From sequence record NC_041916.1: a DNA stretch of 64,000 bases. One strand, written 5' to 3'. A program made the position numbers and the translations under genes. Positions 11,201 through 20,197 of the stretch are shown one piece after another. The first letter of the stretch is position 1. Each line of letters starts with the position of its first letter. Under the pieces are notes generated by a model. That model did not search any database. It saw only the letters and a list, made by a program, of their open reading frames with translations, and had not been told where the DNA came from.

Positions 11201-12667
11201 GTCTTCCAACCACTCGTCTTGAGATTCGTAACCTTTACCGAATTCGATTTGCTGACGACCATCGGCTTGGTTAACCGCTTTGAACGTAGGGTCGTTGTAA
11301 GCACTTTGATCGTAAGAATAACGAACGTCAAACTTGCTGCCGTCTTCGTTACCCGGTGCTTTCAGAATGAACGTCGTAGACTGACGCATGATCATTGGTT
11401 CGAACGTAGGAACCACATCACTTAGACGTAGGTTCAACTCAATGGTTTGTTCCACGCCGTAAGTCGTAGGACGGAAAGCAGGAGACAACTCATTGATACG
11501 AACGTAATCGGTAGCGTCCATAATGAAAGAACGATCTAAGTCGGTCAGGTAGTGTTTCAACTGGTACTGACCATTCACCCATGTAGGGTAAGAGTAAAGC
11601 TTAGGTGAGTAAGCCCCGTCGAAGTCTATCGCCAGCAATGAGTAAGAATCTCGGTACTGGTTCGGGTTACCCGGTTGAGCTTCGTAGATGTGCTCGTCTG
11701 GGTCCAAGTTGTACACTAAGGTCAAAGTACCACGTTGCCCCGGAGTCGAAGGCTTGTGTTCATTCAGACCGTACAAAATGACCTTCTGACCATCGATCGG
11801 TAACTCTTCTGATTTCGAACCGTCACTGTAGTGCACCAAGGCACGGAATGCCAAGTTTTGCAGCACCGTGTTAACTGGCACGTTCAGAGTTTTAGGGTCA
11901 CCAGAGTTCAGGAACCAAGGAGCGAGCAACTCCACTTTACGGATGTAACGTTTACCCACTTGGTGGTCACGTAGCATAGCCGTGTGCTGAACCGTTAGCG
12001 AACGCGCTTTCGGAATCATGTTACCGGTATGGTCGAACCACACCAAGGTCGCACGACTGCCATCTGGCAGTTCTTCCGCATTACGGTTCACGGAGAATGG
12101 TTGAGTAACCATGATCTCTTTGTTCGACAAATCGTGGTGTGCAGCTAACGTAGCAGGAATGCGGTTAGAGATCATTTCGTTGTTACTACCGTACACAACC
12201 GAAATGACTTTACCATTTTCCCCTACGGTGTTGCCTTCGTACAACAGAGCGTACGCGGCACCCGGTGCCATTACTTGACCATCTACCACGGCACGGTTAG
12301 GACGCACTGAGTAGTCGATACCAACGATCGCTTCTCCTTGGTAACCCGCAGGCAAACCAAAGATGGAGTTAAGTGGGTCGGAGTTACCATCACCACCGGT
12401 GTTAAAGATAGGTTCTAGGGTAGAACGTAAGTCCCCTTCCCAGTTAACGTGCGAAACGATGTACCATTGTTGAGCGACAGGGTCAACGACCATTTCTTTC
12501 TCTTTAGGTACACGGTAACGACTCTCCTCCCCCGGCTTCACCGTATCAGGGTTATAGACATCCCAAATATAGTGAAAACGTCCGGCTTCATTATCGTTAG
12601 GGAGCTGTGGACCAGCTCCCGGGATAACGGCGGATTGGGTAGGACTGTTTAAAGTTTTACTAAACAT
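5207..12667 (-). CDS. phiKZ gp26-like baseplate protein (N-terminal ~580 aa) fused to a ~1900-aa Ig-like repeat array
   Basis: Start moved to the ATG at 12667 (GAGG RBS; MFSKTLN). Lies next to gp27/gp28-like, sheath and tube genes. A P/T/E linker (GPSTETPEPT, ~10940) precedes repeated Ig-like domains. Confidence 0.75.
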   Translation of the reverse strand: MFSKTLNSPTQSAVIPGAGPQLPNDNEAGRFHYIWDVYNPDTVKPGEESRYRVPKEKEMVVDPVAQQWYIVSHVNWEGDLRSTLEPIFNTGGDGNSDPLNSIFGLPAGYQGEAIVGIDYSVRPNRAVVDGQVMAPGAAYALLYEGNTVGENGKVISVVYGSNNEMISNRIPATLAAHHDLSNKEIMVTQPFSVNRNAEELPDGSRATLVWFDHTGNMIPKARSLTVQHTAMLRDHQVGKRYIRKVELLAPWFLNSGDPKTLNVPVNTVLQNLAFRALVHYSDGSKSEELPIDGQKVILYGLNEHKPSTPGQRGTLTLVYNLDPDEHIYEAQPGNPNQYRDSYSLLAIDFDGAYSPKLYSYPTWVNGQYQLKHYLTDLDRSFIMDATDYVRINELSPAFRPTTYGVEQTIELNLRLSDVVPTFEPMIMRQSTTFILKAPGNEDGSKFDVRYSYDQSAYNDPTFKAVNQADGRQQIEFGKGYESQDEWLEDTYYAVEPSYNSQREKGPMKPTHFEIEVSSGKVYSYAISKWADKLYLDVQEPQGRTIFVRWVYESIQGERLLLATTGVSIDVVEGPSTETPEPTSIELDREVVGRIGLNEVFAVSGVVYDQFGKPMKDGLTNLMVRGGVFHDKSPRKVPVKIDGSFRFYTWSEKPVGETETIEFAFETGKAPVYILEKDIEIIENENTIVSEFYPYSPTKVGVNKPARAYGYLEDDEQNRLRDFPFYSMVGDDLDTIRAETTDENGDFLLTRFHTGDEKVAVMNIKAGGTDDVRVLTWVETESYGDRITLDQIDWTFVGTDQMAVTGRVYDQFGELVQGVTTTFGFGPQWNPANVTTTAAKGTYVLNHAYMEPGNTYDIVVWTDNDFAFGTATWEKEVIVADRIVLDSENPTEAPAGTTVAISGKLVDAEGNDFVSEGQTPIKVTRLGSGESDLIYAGIDGRFETQVGPFKDWEVTTFLFELEGKAPVTHTITWMGEPARLDNLKFDAGLPRETKLGLPALLEGETVDQHGKLFAPGTEFEFDVEYGNGNVAKAHSMGDGRWSFKASSDVEGDIQYTFKSNTRVVGTFTVKFEGEIFIRPLPNVDLDYRIPVGETMTIGWYVVDENGDVMVGQRIDIVQRLPVEKDLGYGITDKYGKFEYTVPYYQTGFGEIAGFAGEKEATVELIWTEETDIAHTISSFNAPQFVYNGVTPLVRAVVSNEEGDPVPTGRLMCYNRDDYSLVTLQPYDPDNLPPAHDLNDWAGVLGNGEQAFWVDPLPEGKHNLVFFSECDTKVWPITWRVYDKVLSRIELADDTATKALTPVDAPTVYIRGTGIAGDESVYQPSTPTPVTWEGSDGSTGNTVVNSDGSIGFYIHDVVGAGTVVYTIKDGSRILTTFEIEYINGTVTELPYSQTFRFTGESARVAWGVRDEHDRAVAGLTLLKAINPEENEIYTNGITDEWGIMELVLGSDDAVPGTNTVVASFNPDTPTNGVIDTPTVLSGTSQTIETTSGVASVFVEAQPRTQTVTWYDAGTTDPLMADVIDVTFIDQIGYGRGEVRLTTGVSAKAGESSPTEHFFIFDKGSFDYVDCGTASDVNHRPPYYEFGGDGSLSATIAGGSSWDGTRHLLFATGYDIREETIEWVGEAEPVVGLRVLPYSNTRQVYREQGFVAIAAMGEYGNAVPNIPVTISLRYAGLQSQTVLTDENGIAEFILPDNDENPKETTVFGEVQMVPVYWDGDIKVLASYTNDFNEEHTINWTKNDYSLPVMVRWSDHTDTVGAGSDAVVAVAMGGFNDRYVPVTAMSAFNKRTLQTVTLTKHDNDREMFYGHLAAQSEGEHDIAFYTESSQFTRTITWLSAPAVQYAAIGWMIPTDTAEVVGTGAETLIDGKLMRWTPEEGEQRMRIQGPVEVSYRRTDDVEFGTAWAMPDGTISIPVEQSSDGQWHYSFVKDGQDIATKAVKFISGAAVTYAKYSQDAAIRGGDVFIAAYVKDAAGNGVPNATVEFRLNAFPNVPISKVRTDRFGIAESTLRWGEFVENDNVESVFGDTKSEGYITWVEVNDSEQYPASFGILNIVRQAELPNPLSVNGTVLTQNGNQSAENGWAVVFSKEKLELVDLSDNLTSDGMLNATYGPFLEGTNNVVFALNMHHQNEQVVWNARPMVLADLRPSEYLSDFWTTNSDMVVTGTAHQLDGTPFTPTEETEFDAVNSVSGAVIKGVIDTEGNWTVTLTHGAEDTVIWKLTPAGDNDIGMGDLTVRYHDNVVMHPAPYSSSDLHFGKEATLAYGFKDNLGNPVVGGTFGISIEGNGVLNAKATTDEYGVATFRVPYIVDRDRVTAIAVYAGKRDEHNVDWSSDSILLPTSFSELTKATGIALGDLFNVSGKVIDQRGNPISSMPVGLYDRHNYNYNQSAVDGGSKLFDVEIGPWDQAGVKDMILYTGSYYEEVSVEVIDGLITINRVNVDESSNKYILIENGEVLPKPFEIRIDIAEDSPPVGIVDDTVTMKGSATII

Positions 12668-15242
12668 TTTTAACCTCAAAGTGTCCGTTAGTATTAATAC
12701 GAGATTCTAAGAAAACCTCATTAACCCGTTGTATGAAAATCAATTGCTTCGGTTCTACCACTGGTACGTATTGCTGTACATACGGGAAGACCGCAAAGTA
12801 ACGAACATCGTAACCCAATTGTACAGGGTCGTACTTAAGCAACCATTGAAAATCTGCTGTCTTACGCAATACATAGTCTTTGGAGTAAGATTCACCACTA
12901 GGTAGGTCATCCAGTTCCAATAGACCGAGTAAGATACGGTTCACTACCATGTTCATGAACGGACTGTACACACGGTACTTATCCATTAAAGAAGGGATGG
13001 CTTGTGGAGCAGGTTTCTTCGCAAACAGTGTTAGGTACTGACTCATTCGACGGTCACGGTCTCGTGCTTCTTCCCAACCATGTGAAGTATCGTACGGTAC
13101 CCAGTCTCGAAGAGGTAGATACCAATGTTTCACACCGTACGGTTTCCCGTTCAATGGGTTCAACACTTCACTCGGTGGATTGAGTTCCGCCACCGCTACC
13201 TTAGCCGGGTCCCAGACCTTACCATCGATCGTAGTGCGCGTTATACGGTCTTCTCGCAAGTTGTATTGACCATTATGACCAATCACACCACCAGTGACGT
13301 AACCTAACTCAGATTGTTCCAGAGGGGTCTTATCGTCGATTGGTGACCACTCACTACAATAAAGGACGAAATCGTTTCCTCCGTCTTTTAAGTATTGGTG
13401 GTTTAAGATATGAACGTCAGGGAAGTCCACCACGTAATCCACGTTCTCTATTAAAGAACGACGGTTCATGATGACCATGATGTTAGCTGGTGCAATGTCC
13501 ACCAACAACCCACCCTGAATCCATTCTCGTGTGACACTGAAAGATAATGAATTATCGATGTGGTTTAACGTGAACTCTTTGTACAACGTTTGGTCGTTGT
13601 AAACAATCAACCCCATGAACATCTTAGACGCCAATGTCCATGTCACGTTCCCCGTAGCACGATCAAAGAGATAGTCTTTCCCTTCTTCCGCCACCATTCG
13701 TTCTCCGGAGTACTCTCCTTCGGTGGTGACCGCCTGAACGTAAAAACGCGGCGTTGTGTTAGGGTCAACGTTCATCACCCCTCGACCGGCTTCTGCGTGA
13801 ATACGACGTCCCGGTTTACCCGGGAAGAATTCCACTAACCCAACATCACTGCTTGGTCTGACGAAATTCACACGACTTAAATATCGCATGCGAAGGAATA
13901 ACCCTTCCGAATCGTATTCAAACATGGTGAGGTCTTTACGACATGCAGGAGGGACTTCGAGTTCCGCTCCTGTTGAAGCGTCGTAAGACACAGGAGAAGC
14001 ACAGAGCACTTGCGTGGCTCGGTTGTACCCGATCGCCTTCATCGCCAAATCGTGGTTAATGTCCTTATAAGGGATGGTCAAGAACTCGTTTGTGGCGGAT
14101 TGTTCCAGATTGACTGCCAGCCATTCTTTCATGGTGGAGTTAATCCCGATCAATGCACCAACGATGTTCTCGTCATTCATGCGGTATAACCATCTCGCTC
14201 CATTAGACTCATAAGGAATCTCTTGAGCGTAGTTATTACGACGATACACCAACAACAACTGAGGACGGTCTTCGTTCACCATTTCTTGCATGTTGGTTTT
14301 ATCGTCCACCAAGGACGCGTTGACAGCGTAGTCGCGGTGAGTCAATTGACGGAAGTGACTCGCTTCGTTACGGTTAAGATACACCCCACGTTTCTTACGG
14401 TTCACTAAATAAAAGGCGACATCCGCCACATAGTGATACGTAAAGTCCCCGTCGACTTTAGGTGGGTGAACAATTAACTTACGAACGTTATCTCGCTTAG
14501 ACTGGAAGTTAGGCAAAGAGCCAACCTCATACATTTCTGTTTTCCAGACGCTAGGGTCATTGGTGATTTCGATGACCTCCGTTCCTAACAGTTGATCGTC
14601 CGCTGGAAACCCATCCCACAAATAACCATTCAAGTACACCGAGGTTAAACCCGGTAACTTGAGGTATTGTGCATAGATGATTTTCATGCGGTCTTTTTCT
14701 TCCGCTGAGTTATCGTTGTTAGAACTGAACCGCGGCCAGTCTAATTGTTGATTGTTGGTAAGTGGATTGTAAACTTCGGTTTGTATCGTGTAACAGTGAA
14801 CATAACGAGGTTCTTTCCAGCTCTGTTTGAATGCTCGCAACTTTTGTATCGCTAACAATTGTTGTCCGTCGTAAGTCGACATAATCCAACACTTGTCTCG
14901 AGGATATAAACGACCGTCATCTCCGTAGATGTCGACGATCATACCTCGTTCTTTACAAATCTTCGCAACGTTAATCCATTGGTCTACCGGATCCATGCGA
15001 GTGAACAATTCATGGAAGTTCCATGTCGAGCCATCAAAGCCAGACATGTTGTAAATCATGAAGTAGTCTCGTTCAATCGGAGTCTTGCGGTAACGTCCCA
15101 TGAACTGGAACGTGTTAATGTATCCCACGTCCGGTGATACCTGTGTCAGCATCAACTGAAACTGACGACCGGTACCGGGATTGGAATACATGTCCTTAAT
15201 GGCGTAACGCGCTAAAGGGGTGCGATAATTATCGACTAACAT
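12660..15242 (-). CDS. Virion structural (baseplate) protein, phiKZ gp27-like, 860 aa
   Basis: Long ORF with GAGGGG RBS; size and position match the gp26-gp27-gp28 / sheath-tube block. Confidence 0.7.
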   Translation of the reverse strand: MLVDNYRTPLARYAIKDMYSNPGTGRQFQLMLTQVSPDVGYINTFQFMGRYRKTPIERDYFMIYNMSGFDGSTWNFHELFTRMDPVDQWINVAKICKERGMIVDIYGDDGRLYPRDKCWIMSTYDGQQLLAIQKLRAFKQSWKEPRYVHCYTIQTEVYNPLTNNQQLDWPRFSSNNDNSAEEKDRMKIIYAQYLKLPGLTSVYLNGYLWDGFPADDQLLGTEVIEITNDPSVWKTEMYEVGSLPNFQSKRDNVRKLIVHPPKVDGDFTYHYVADVAFYLVNRKKRGVYLNRNEASHFRQLTHRDYAVNASLVDDKTNMQEMVNEDRPQLLLVYRRNNYAQEIPYESNGARWLYRMNDENIVGALIGINSTMKEWLAVNLEQSATNEFLTIPYKDINHDLAMKAIGYNRATQVLCASPVSYDASTGAELEVPPACRKDLTMFEYDSEGLFLRMRYLSRVNFVRPSSDVGLVEFFPGKPGRRIHAEAGRGVMNVDPNTTPRFYVQAVTTEGEYSGERMVAEEGKDYLFDRATGNVTWTLASKMFMGLIVYNDQTLYKEFTLNHIDNSLSFSVTREWIQGGLLVDIAPANIMVIMNRRSLIENVDYVVDFPDVHILNHQYLKDGGNDFVLYCSEWSPIDDKTPLEQSELGYVTGGVIGHNGQYNLREDRITRTTIDGKVWDPAKVAVAELNPPSEVLNPLNGKPYGVKHWYLPLRDWVPYDTSHGWEEARDRDRRMSQYLTLFAKKPAPQAIPSLMDKYRVYSPFMNMVVNRILLGLLELDDLPSGESYSKDYVLRKTADFQWLLKYDPVQLGYDVRYFAVFPYVQQYVPVVEPKQLIFIQRVNEVFLESRINTNGHFEVKNV

Positions 15243-15273
15243 AAGTTCCCCTCATAAGGAAAGTATTAAGGAA

Positions 15274-16152
15274 TTAAAGGATGATAGGGTAAGAGTTCGT
15301 AATGGTCATCACCAAAGCACGGTTGTTTTTCTCGTTGTACTTAGGATCCAACTGCATGCCTAACGGCGTTTTACCGTAAGCGTTCTTATCCGAAATCGTA
15401 GCAGCACACATACCCACTAATAAAGGTGGGTGTTCTAGACCAGCGCCAACGATCTGTTTACCGGTTGCTGAATACCAGATACGTTGACCAAGAGCAACCA
15501 AGTCTTTCACTTGCATGTTCTTCAGTTTGTACATACCCGGGTAATTCACCAAAGCTTCGTGAAGTTTAGGAAGGGTGTCAATGAAATCGATTTGTTCCAG
15601 CACTTCCAAGCTACGACGACGATCAATTCCCATGACTTGTTGACACAAGTTTTGAGAAGTAAAGGTCATGTCGCCAACGTTACCGTTAACCAGACAGTTG
15701 TAGTAGTGAATAAGGATGATGTAAACCGAGAGTGCTTTGTCTTCTTCTAAACCAGACTGGCGAATGATTTGAGAACCCCAAGCACGAGCTAGTGCACGAG
15801 CCACGGTAGACTGGGTACCACGAACGACAGCCAAGTTACCGTCGATGATGTCTTGCTGAACATACGCGGCTACTAATAAAGCAGCACGTTCAGAAGAGTT
15901 AGTGACGACGCCGTTTTTGTTCGTGTATGGACGATCGTCCATTACGGTGATTGGTTTGCGGTTGAACCCAATCATAGATAGAGGGAAGTTCAGGAAAGGG
16001 ATGTTCTGACCGTTATCGTGAGTGATGGAATAAACACCGTTACCTAAAGATAACAAGTCGTTTGACAACGATAAACGTTTAAGGGTAGATGGCACATGAT
16101 CTAAGTGTGCTAATGGTTTACCGACATAAGTGTCGTAAGCATTAGAAAACAT
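15274..16152 (-). CDS. Virion structural protein, phiKZ gp28-like, 292 aa
   Basis: GGAG RBS; divergent from the sheath gene as in phiKZ-like phages; size match. Confidence 0.65.
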   Translation of the reverse strand: MFSNAYDTYVGKPLAHLDHVPSTLKRLSLSNDLLSLGNGVYSITHDNGQNIPFLNFPLSMIGFNRKPITVMDDRPYTNKNGVVTNSSERAALLVAAYVQQDIIDGNLAVVRGTQSTVARALARAWGSQIIRQSGLEEDKALSVYIILIHYYNCLVNGNVGDMTFTSQNLCQQVMGIDRRRSLEVLEQIDFIDTLPKLHEALVNYPGMYKLKNMQVKDLVALGQRIWYSATGKQIVGAGLEHPPLLVGMCAATISDKNAYGKTPLGMQLDPKYNEKNNRALVMTITNSYPIIL

Positions 16153-16243
16153 GATAAACTCCGTATTGAATCCTATGTAGAAACTTACTTTCTACGTTTC
16201 AGTTATAAGACAGTATTTCCTGTCATACGATTGATGGGAAGTG

Positions 16244-16263
16244 AGTTTTTTGATCAAAAAACT
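16244..16263. promoter_or_regulatory. Perfect 20-bp palindrome in the divergent baseplate/sheath intergenic region
   Basis: AGTTTTTTGATCAAAAAACT read directly; function unknown. Confidence 0.45.
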
Positions 16264-16296
16264 TTTAGTTAATAACAATAACCAACGGAGTTATTT

Positions 16297-18435
16297 ATGT
16301 CCTTTACTAATATAGTTCCGGGGCAAGTCCGTAACCAAGGTATCGGTGATGATTCACGCCCAGTCGTGGTTCCTCAGCTGGCTACCTATCCTTGTAACTT
16401 CCCAGTTATCAGTATGGTTACTCCAAAAGGACCTCTCGGACAGAAGTACATTAACACGCGAGATCATGGCGACATCTACGGTGACGTCCAAGATGTCGAT
16501 GGACCGTACTACAACCCGATCGCGGCGTTGATCCACTCACTATCAAGTGGTGGTCAGGCGTCGTTTGGTCAGCGTCGTTTGACAGCCAACAAAGAAATTG
16601 CTCGTGTAGCAATTGGTGTTAAAGTGACTAAAGGTAAAGTGCAGCAGTACAAACGTGATGACGCACAACAATTTATCTTAGACGACGCTGGTAAGCGCGT
16701 ACCAGTAACAGATGGCACCACAGAGCACGAAGGTCTGAAGATCGAACATGTTCTGATGGACACCACTGATCTGGCCTACAAAGGTCTTAAACCAGTAGAA
16801 GGTACGGGTGCGACTGAAGAAGAAAACTTCACCATCTATCCTCTTTACGAACTACCTGCGGGTATCGGCGACCTCTACAACCGTATGGGTCACTACGCTG
16901 GTGTTAATCCTTCTGCTGACTTCCAACAAATCGCTAACTTCGTAAGTGAATTTGGTGTGTTCCCATTCACTATCAAGCTGTACGAGAAATCTGTGTACGG
17001 CACACCAGTGATGGCTAAAACACTGATCAACACAGAAGAAGCACCTTTCACTCTGTTCGATCTTCGTGCAAACGGCGTTCGTTACTCAATGAAAGAAGCT
17101 ATCGGTGCTTACACCGGTGCTACAGCTAACCGTCCGATCACGCCACGTCCTGCTCCGTTCTACGAAGCACACGTGTACAACGATTCGATCGAAACGCTGG
17201 CTAAGCTAATGTTTGGTGTTGAAGAAAAGGCTATGCCTGATAACTTGGTTTACTTGGAAGGTGTTAAGCCTTACAAACAAATGAACCCGTTAACGGCAGT
17301 TACTCACGAAGGCATCCCATACTACGCGATCGAGATTGCTACAGAGTCTCGCTTGTTCAACATGGGTGCTCAGTTGGATGCGAAAGGTGGTATCTCACCA
17401 TTCCTAACCAAAGAGTATCAAGTGCCTGAAGGTGTTACACTTTCTCGTGAGTACAACCTAAATCCAGCTAACGGTCCGGTTGAAGAACTAAACCGTAAAG
17501 ATGCGTGGGCGGTGACACAAGCGCTGTATCTAGCAGACCTTATGGAATACCGTAAGTCTCTAGAGATCACTGACTGGACTCGCAACCGTCAATCGATCAT
17601 CTTTGATGTTGGTTTCAACTCAGATATCGTAGACGAACAGATCCAACTGTTGGCGGCTCGTAAAGACCACGTAGCGGTATTTGCGTCAGCGGAATGGTTG
17701 AAGAACGCCACAATCCAAGAGCATTACTCTCGTCAAACGTACATCACTAACCGTCTTCGTCTGATTCCTGAATCAGAGAAATACGGCACACCTGCTTGTC
17801 GTGCGATGATTGCAATGTGGGAAATGAACAAGATCAATGAAGAGTCTAGCGAAGCATTCTCTCATGTACTTGACATCGCTTACCACATGGCTCTATTGGG
17901 TGGTAACGCTCAAGGTCAATTGATCAAAGCGAATTCTCCTGATCACGCGGACAACCGTATTCTAAGTACGATGTTCAACCCTACTGTCGATATTGAAGCA
18001 GACCCTGTGGCTGCGGCTAACTTCGACAACGGTGCTTGCACTCTTCGTCCTTACAACCAAGAACAGTTGTACCGTCCTGCGCTACCAACTGTTTACCCAC
18101 ATTCAGACTCTGTTCTGAAAGATTGGACTACAGTCTTCACTTCTGTTTGTGTTGAGAAGATCATCCAAGATACGTGGACGTTGGTTTCTGGTGATACCAC
18201 TATCACTTCAGAAGAGTACGCTGCGATTGTTAAAGATCGTGCGGAAACAGAATGTCGTGAACGCCTAGGCACTATGTACGAAGATTTGGTCATTGAACCA
18301 ACGTACAACGAAGGTGGTCCGGATTCTCGTTCTGTACTTTACGTAACAGGCTACGTTGCTTTCCGTAAAGGTAAGTACATGATGGACATGTCTCTTGTTG
18401 CACGCAACGAGCAAGACTTGGTAACTGAGGGGTAA
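16297..18435 (+). CDS. Contractile tail sheath protein (phiKZ gp29-like), 712 aa
   Basis: GGAG RBS; sheath-like C-terminus (PDHADNR, LYRPALPTVY, SVLKD); followed by a tube-sized gene; strongly biased codons. Confidence 0.85.
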   Translation: MSFTNIVPGQVRNQGIGDDSRPVVVPQLATYPCNFPVISMVTPKGPLGQKYINTRDHGDIYGDVQDVDGPYYNPIAALIHSLSSGGQASFGQRRLTANKEIARVAIGVKVTKGKVQQYKRDDAQQFILDDAGKRVPVTDGTTEHEGLKIEHVLMDTTDLAYKGLKPVEGTGATEEENFTIYPLYELPAGIGDLYNRMGHYAGVNPSADFQQIANFVSEFGVFPFTIKLYEKSVYGTPVMAKTLINTEEAPFTLFDLRANGVRYSMKEAIGAYTGATANRPITPRPAPFYEAHVYNDSIETLAKLMFGVEEKAMPDNLVYLEGVKPYKQMNPLTAVTHEGIPYYAIEIATESRLFNMGAQLDAKGGISPFLTKEYQVPEGVTLSREYNLNPANGPVEELNRKDAWAVTQALYLADLMEYRKSLEITDWTRNRQSIIFDVGFNSDIVDEQIQLLAARKDHVAVFASAEWLKNATIQEHYSRQTYITNRLRLIPESEKYGTPACRAMIAMWEMNKINEESSEAFSHVLDIAYHMALLGGNAQGQLIKANSPDHADNRILSTMFNPTVDIEADPVAAANFDNGACTLRPYNQEQLYRPALPTVYPHSDSVLKDWTTVFTSVCVEKIIQDTWTLVSGDTTITSEEYAAIVKDRAETECRERLGTMYEDLVIEPTYNEGGPDSRSVLYVTGYVAFRKGKYMMDMSLVARNEQDLVTEG

Positions 18436-18440
18436 TCTAG

Positions 18441-19337
18441 ATGTCTAGTAACCAACCGCATCGCGGTAACAAGACTTTACTGTCTAATTCATCTGCCTTC
18501 TTTACCAACACTGACAAAGGCGTACGCCCTACGTTAGATGGTACACAAGGTGGTCAATACGGTTTTGCACCGGACTCCTACCTATACGTTAACGAGCATC
18601 CGCACGTTGACCAACAGGGCTGGTGTTTCGTGTTGTCAACTCCGGCGTTGTTCAGCAAACTGCCGGCAGGTAACTACCTGCATGCGTTAGCTAAAGCGTG
18701 GTTCGAGACTCGTGCTCGTACTTGGCAAGGTCCAACAGACCGTACTGAACTTGAGTTTGGTGACGTTCGCTGGTCTGGCCGTACGCTAAGCGTACCTACT
18801 GGTGGTACTCGTACCCTAGGTCCTATTTCATTCCAAGGTAACGACGTAGTAGGTGAAGTGTTCACTAACCTACACTCTATCTGGGTGAAATGGTTAGGTT
18901 ACGATGTAGACCTAGCAGCACCTCGTGCTGTGGTACTGAGCAACCCGGGCGATCTTCTGATCGACGAACGTTCAGCTACCCTACTGATGTTCAACACGAC
19001 TGAGAACATGCGTGATATCGCTCATGCGGCTATCACTATGGCAGTAATGCCACGTTCTACAGTAGAAGTTGGCATCCGTCGTAACAAAGAAGAAGCTGGT
19101 CAAATCCGTGAGATTAACATGGAGTACACTGGCTTGACTGAGTTCGACACGCTGGCGACTCGTGAAGTGGCTCGCACGTTCTTGAAGAAACTGCCGTTGT
19201 ACAACAACATCGGCGCTAGCATCCCGTCAGGCTTTAAAGACCGTACTGCGGTTCTTAACTCTCTACGTGATGTTGGTATCATGGAACAGATGGAAGCTCG
19301 CGCTAAAACTGTTAAGAACAAGAACACTATGGTTTAA
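18441..19337 (+). CDS. Tail tube protein (phiKZ gp30-like), 298 aa
   Basis: Directly after the sheath; size match; tube-like motifs (LSVPTGGTRTLG, ATLLMF). Confidence 0.8.
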   Translation: MSSNQPHRGNKTLLSNSSAFFTNTDKGVRPTLDGTQGGQYGFAPDSYLYVNEHPHVDQQGWCFVLSTPALFSKLPAGNYLHALAKAWFETRARTWQGPTDRTELEFGDVRWSGRTLSVPTGGTRTLGPISFQGNDVVGEVFTNLHSIWVKWLGYDVDLAAPRAVVLSNPGDLLIDERSATLLMFNTTENMRDIAHAAITMAVMPRSTVEVGIRRNKEEAGQIREINMEYTGLTEFDTLATREVARTFLKKLPLYNNIGASIPSGFKDRTAVLNSLRDVGIMEQMEARAKTVKNKNTMV

Positions 19338-19369
19338 TCCATAGAAAAAAAAATAAACTGCAAAGTTAT

Positions 19370-19399
19370 CCTCCTACTACCCCAAGGGGTAGTAGGAGG
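19370..19399. terminator. Bidirectional terminator between convergent genes
   Basis: CCTCCTACTACCCC-AA-GGGGTAGTAGGAGG, TTTT after it and A9TAAA before it. Confidence 0.85.
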
Positions 19400-19414
19400 T
19401 TTTATGCATTCTGT

Positions 19415-19816
19415 TTATTGTAAACGAGTCATGGCACGTTCTTCATTGGTGATGTTCGTATAGAAATCGTCCAACGTACGTATTTGACCAACTTGCTCAC
19501 CTTTTAGGAAACGAGCTAAATGACGTGCATGTGAGTAAATAGTCACTTCTTTATCAAGTTCTGATGAGAGGTCTTTTGCGATCTCCAAAGCTTGTAATGA
19601 ATCAGTGATATAAATCAACATGCTCGTGTATATGGTTAAGTTTAGTTCAATACAGAGTTCCGTGTTAAACTCAACCGGACGTTCTTCCGTAAGTTGAATC
19701 ACGTGACCAAGTCGTTTAGTTTCCACATCCCATTTACTGACAAAGATGGTGTGTTTACCAAACGTCGCTTTAACTAGATCAAGGTAGTTGGTACCCTTGT
19801 AAATGAAGCTTTCCAT
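19415..19816 (-). CDS. Hypothetical protein, 133 aa
   Basis: ORF in the operon with a GAGAG RBS-like site; no recognisable motif. Confidence 0.7.
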   Translation of the reverse strand: MESFIYKGTNYLDLVKATFGKHTIFVSKWDVETKRLGHVIQLTEERPVEFNTELCIELNLTIYTSMLIYITDSLQALEIAKDLSSELDKEVTIYSHARHLARFLKGEQVGQIRTLDDFYTNITNEERAMTRLQ

Positions 19817-19829
19817 AATGGCTCTCTCA

Positions 19830-20159
19830 TTAAAGGTTGTTTGATTCTAGGATTTCGATGAATTTAGTTACTGCTGTTGCAGCATCGCATCCATCAAGTT
19901 CTACCAGCAGACCGTCTTCATAATTCCCACCCAAATCTTCATGTTGAGTTAGGTTACGGATTACCCAGCCGTTCTTCATTCCACCGATAGCTAATGTGAA
20001 AACCGATTCGTTTTCATCACCAGAGACAAGCAGGAATATAAGTTTTCCAGACACTGGATCTGTCTTATTGATGATTCCTGCTTCATTCAAAGTTCCATCT
20101 TTGCACGCACGCCAGTTGATTGGCATGACCTTTTTAATGATCGAAGATTGCTTTTCCAT
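19830..20159 (-). CDS. Hypothetical protein, 109 aa
   Basis: GAGGA RBS; tight operon packing. Confidence 0.7.
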   Translation of the reverse strand: MEKQSSIIKKVMPINWRACKDGTLNEAGIINKTDPVSGKLIFLLVSGDENESVFTLAIGGMKNGWVIRNLTQHEDLGGNYEDGLLVELDGCDAATAVTKFIEILESNNL

Positions 20160-20197
20160 GATCGTTTCCTCATAAAAGGTTGAATAAATAAATTAGA

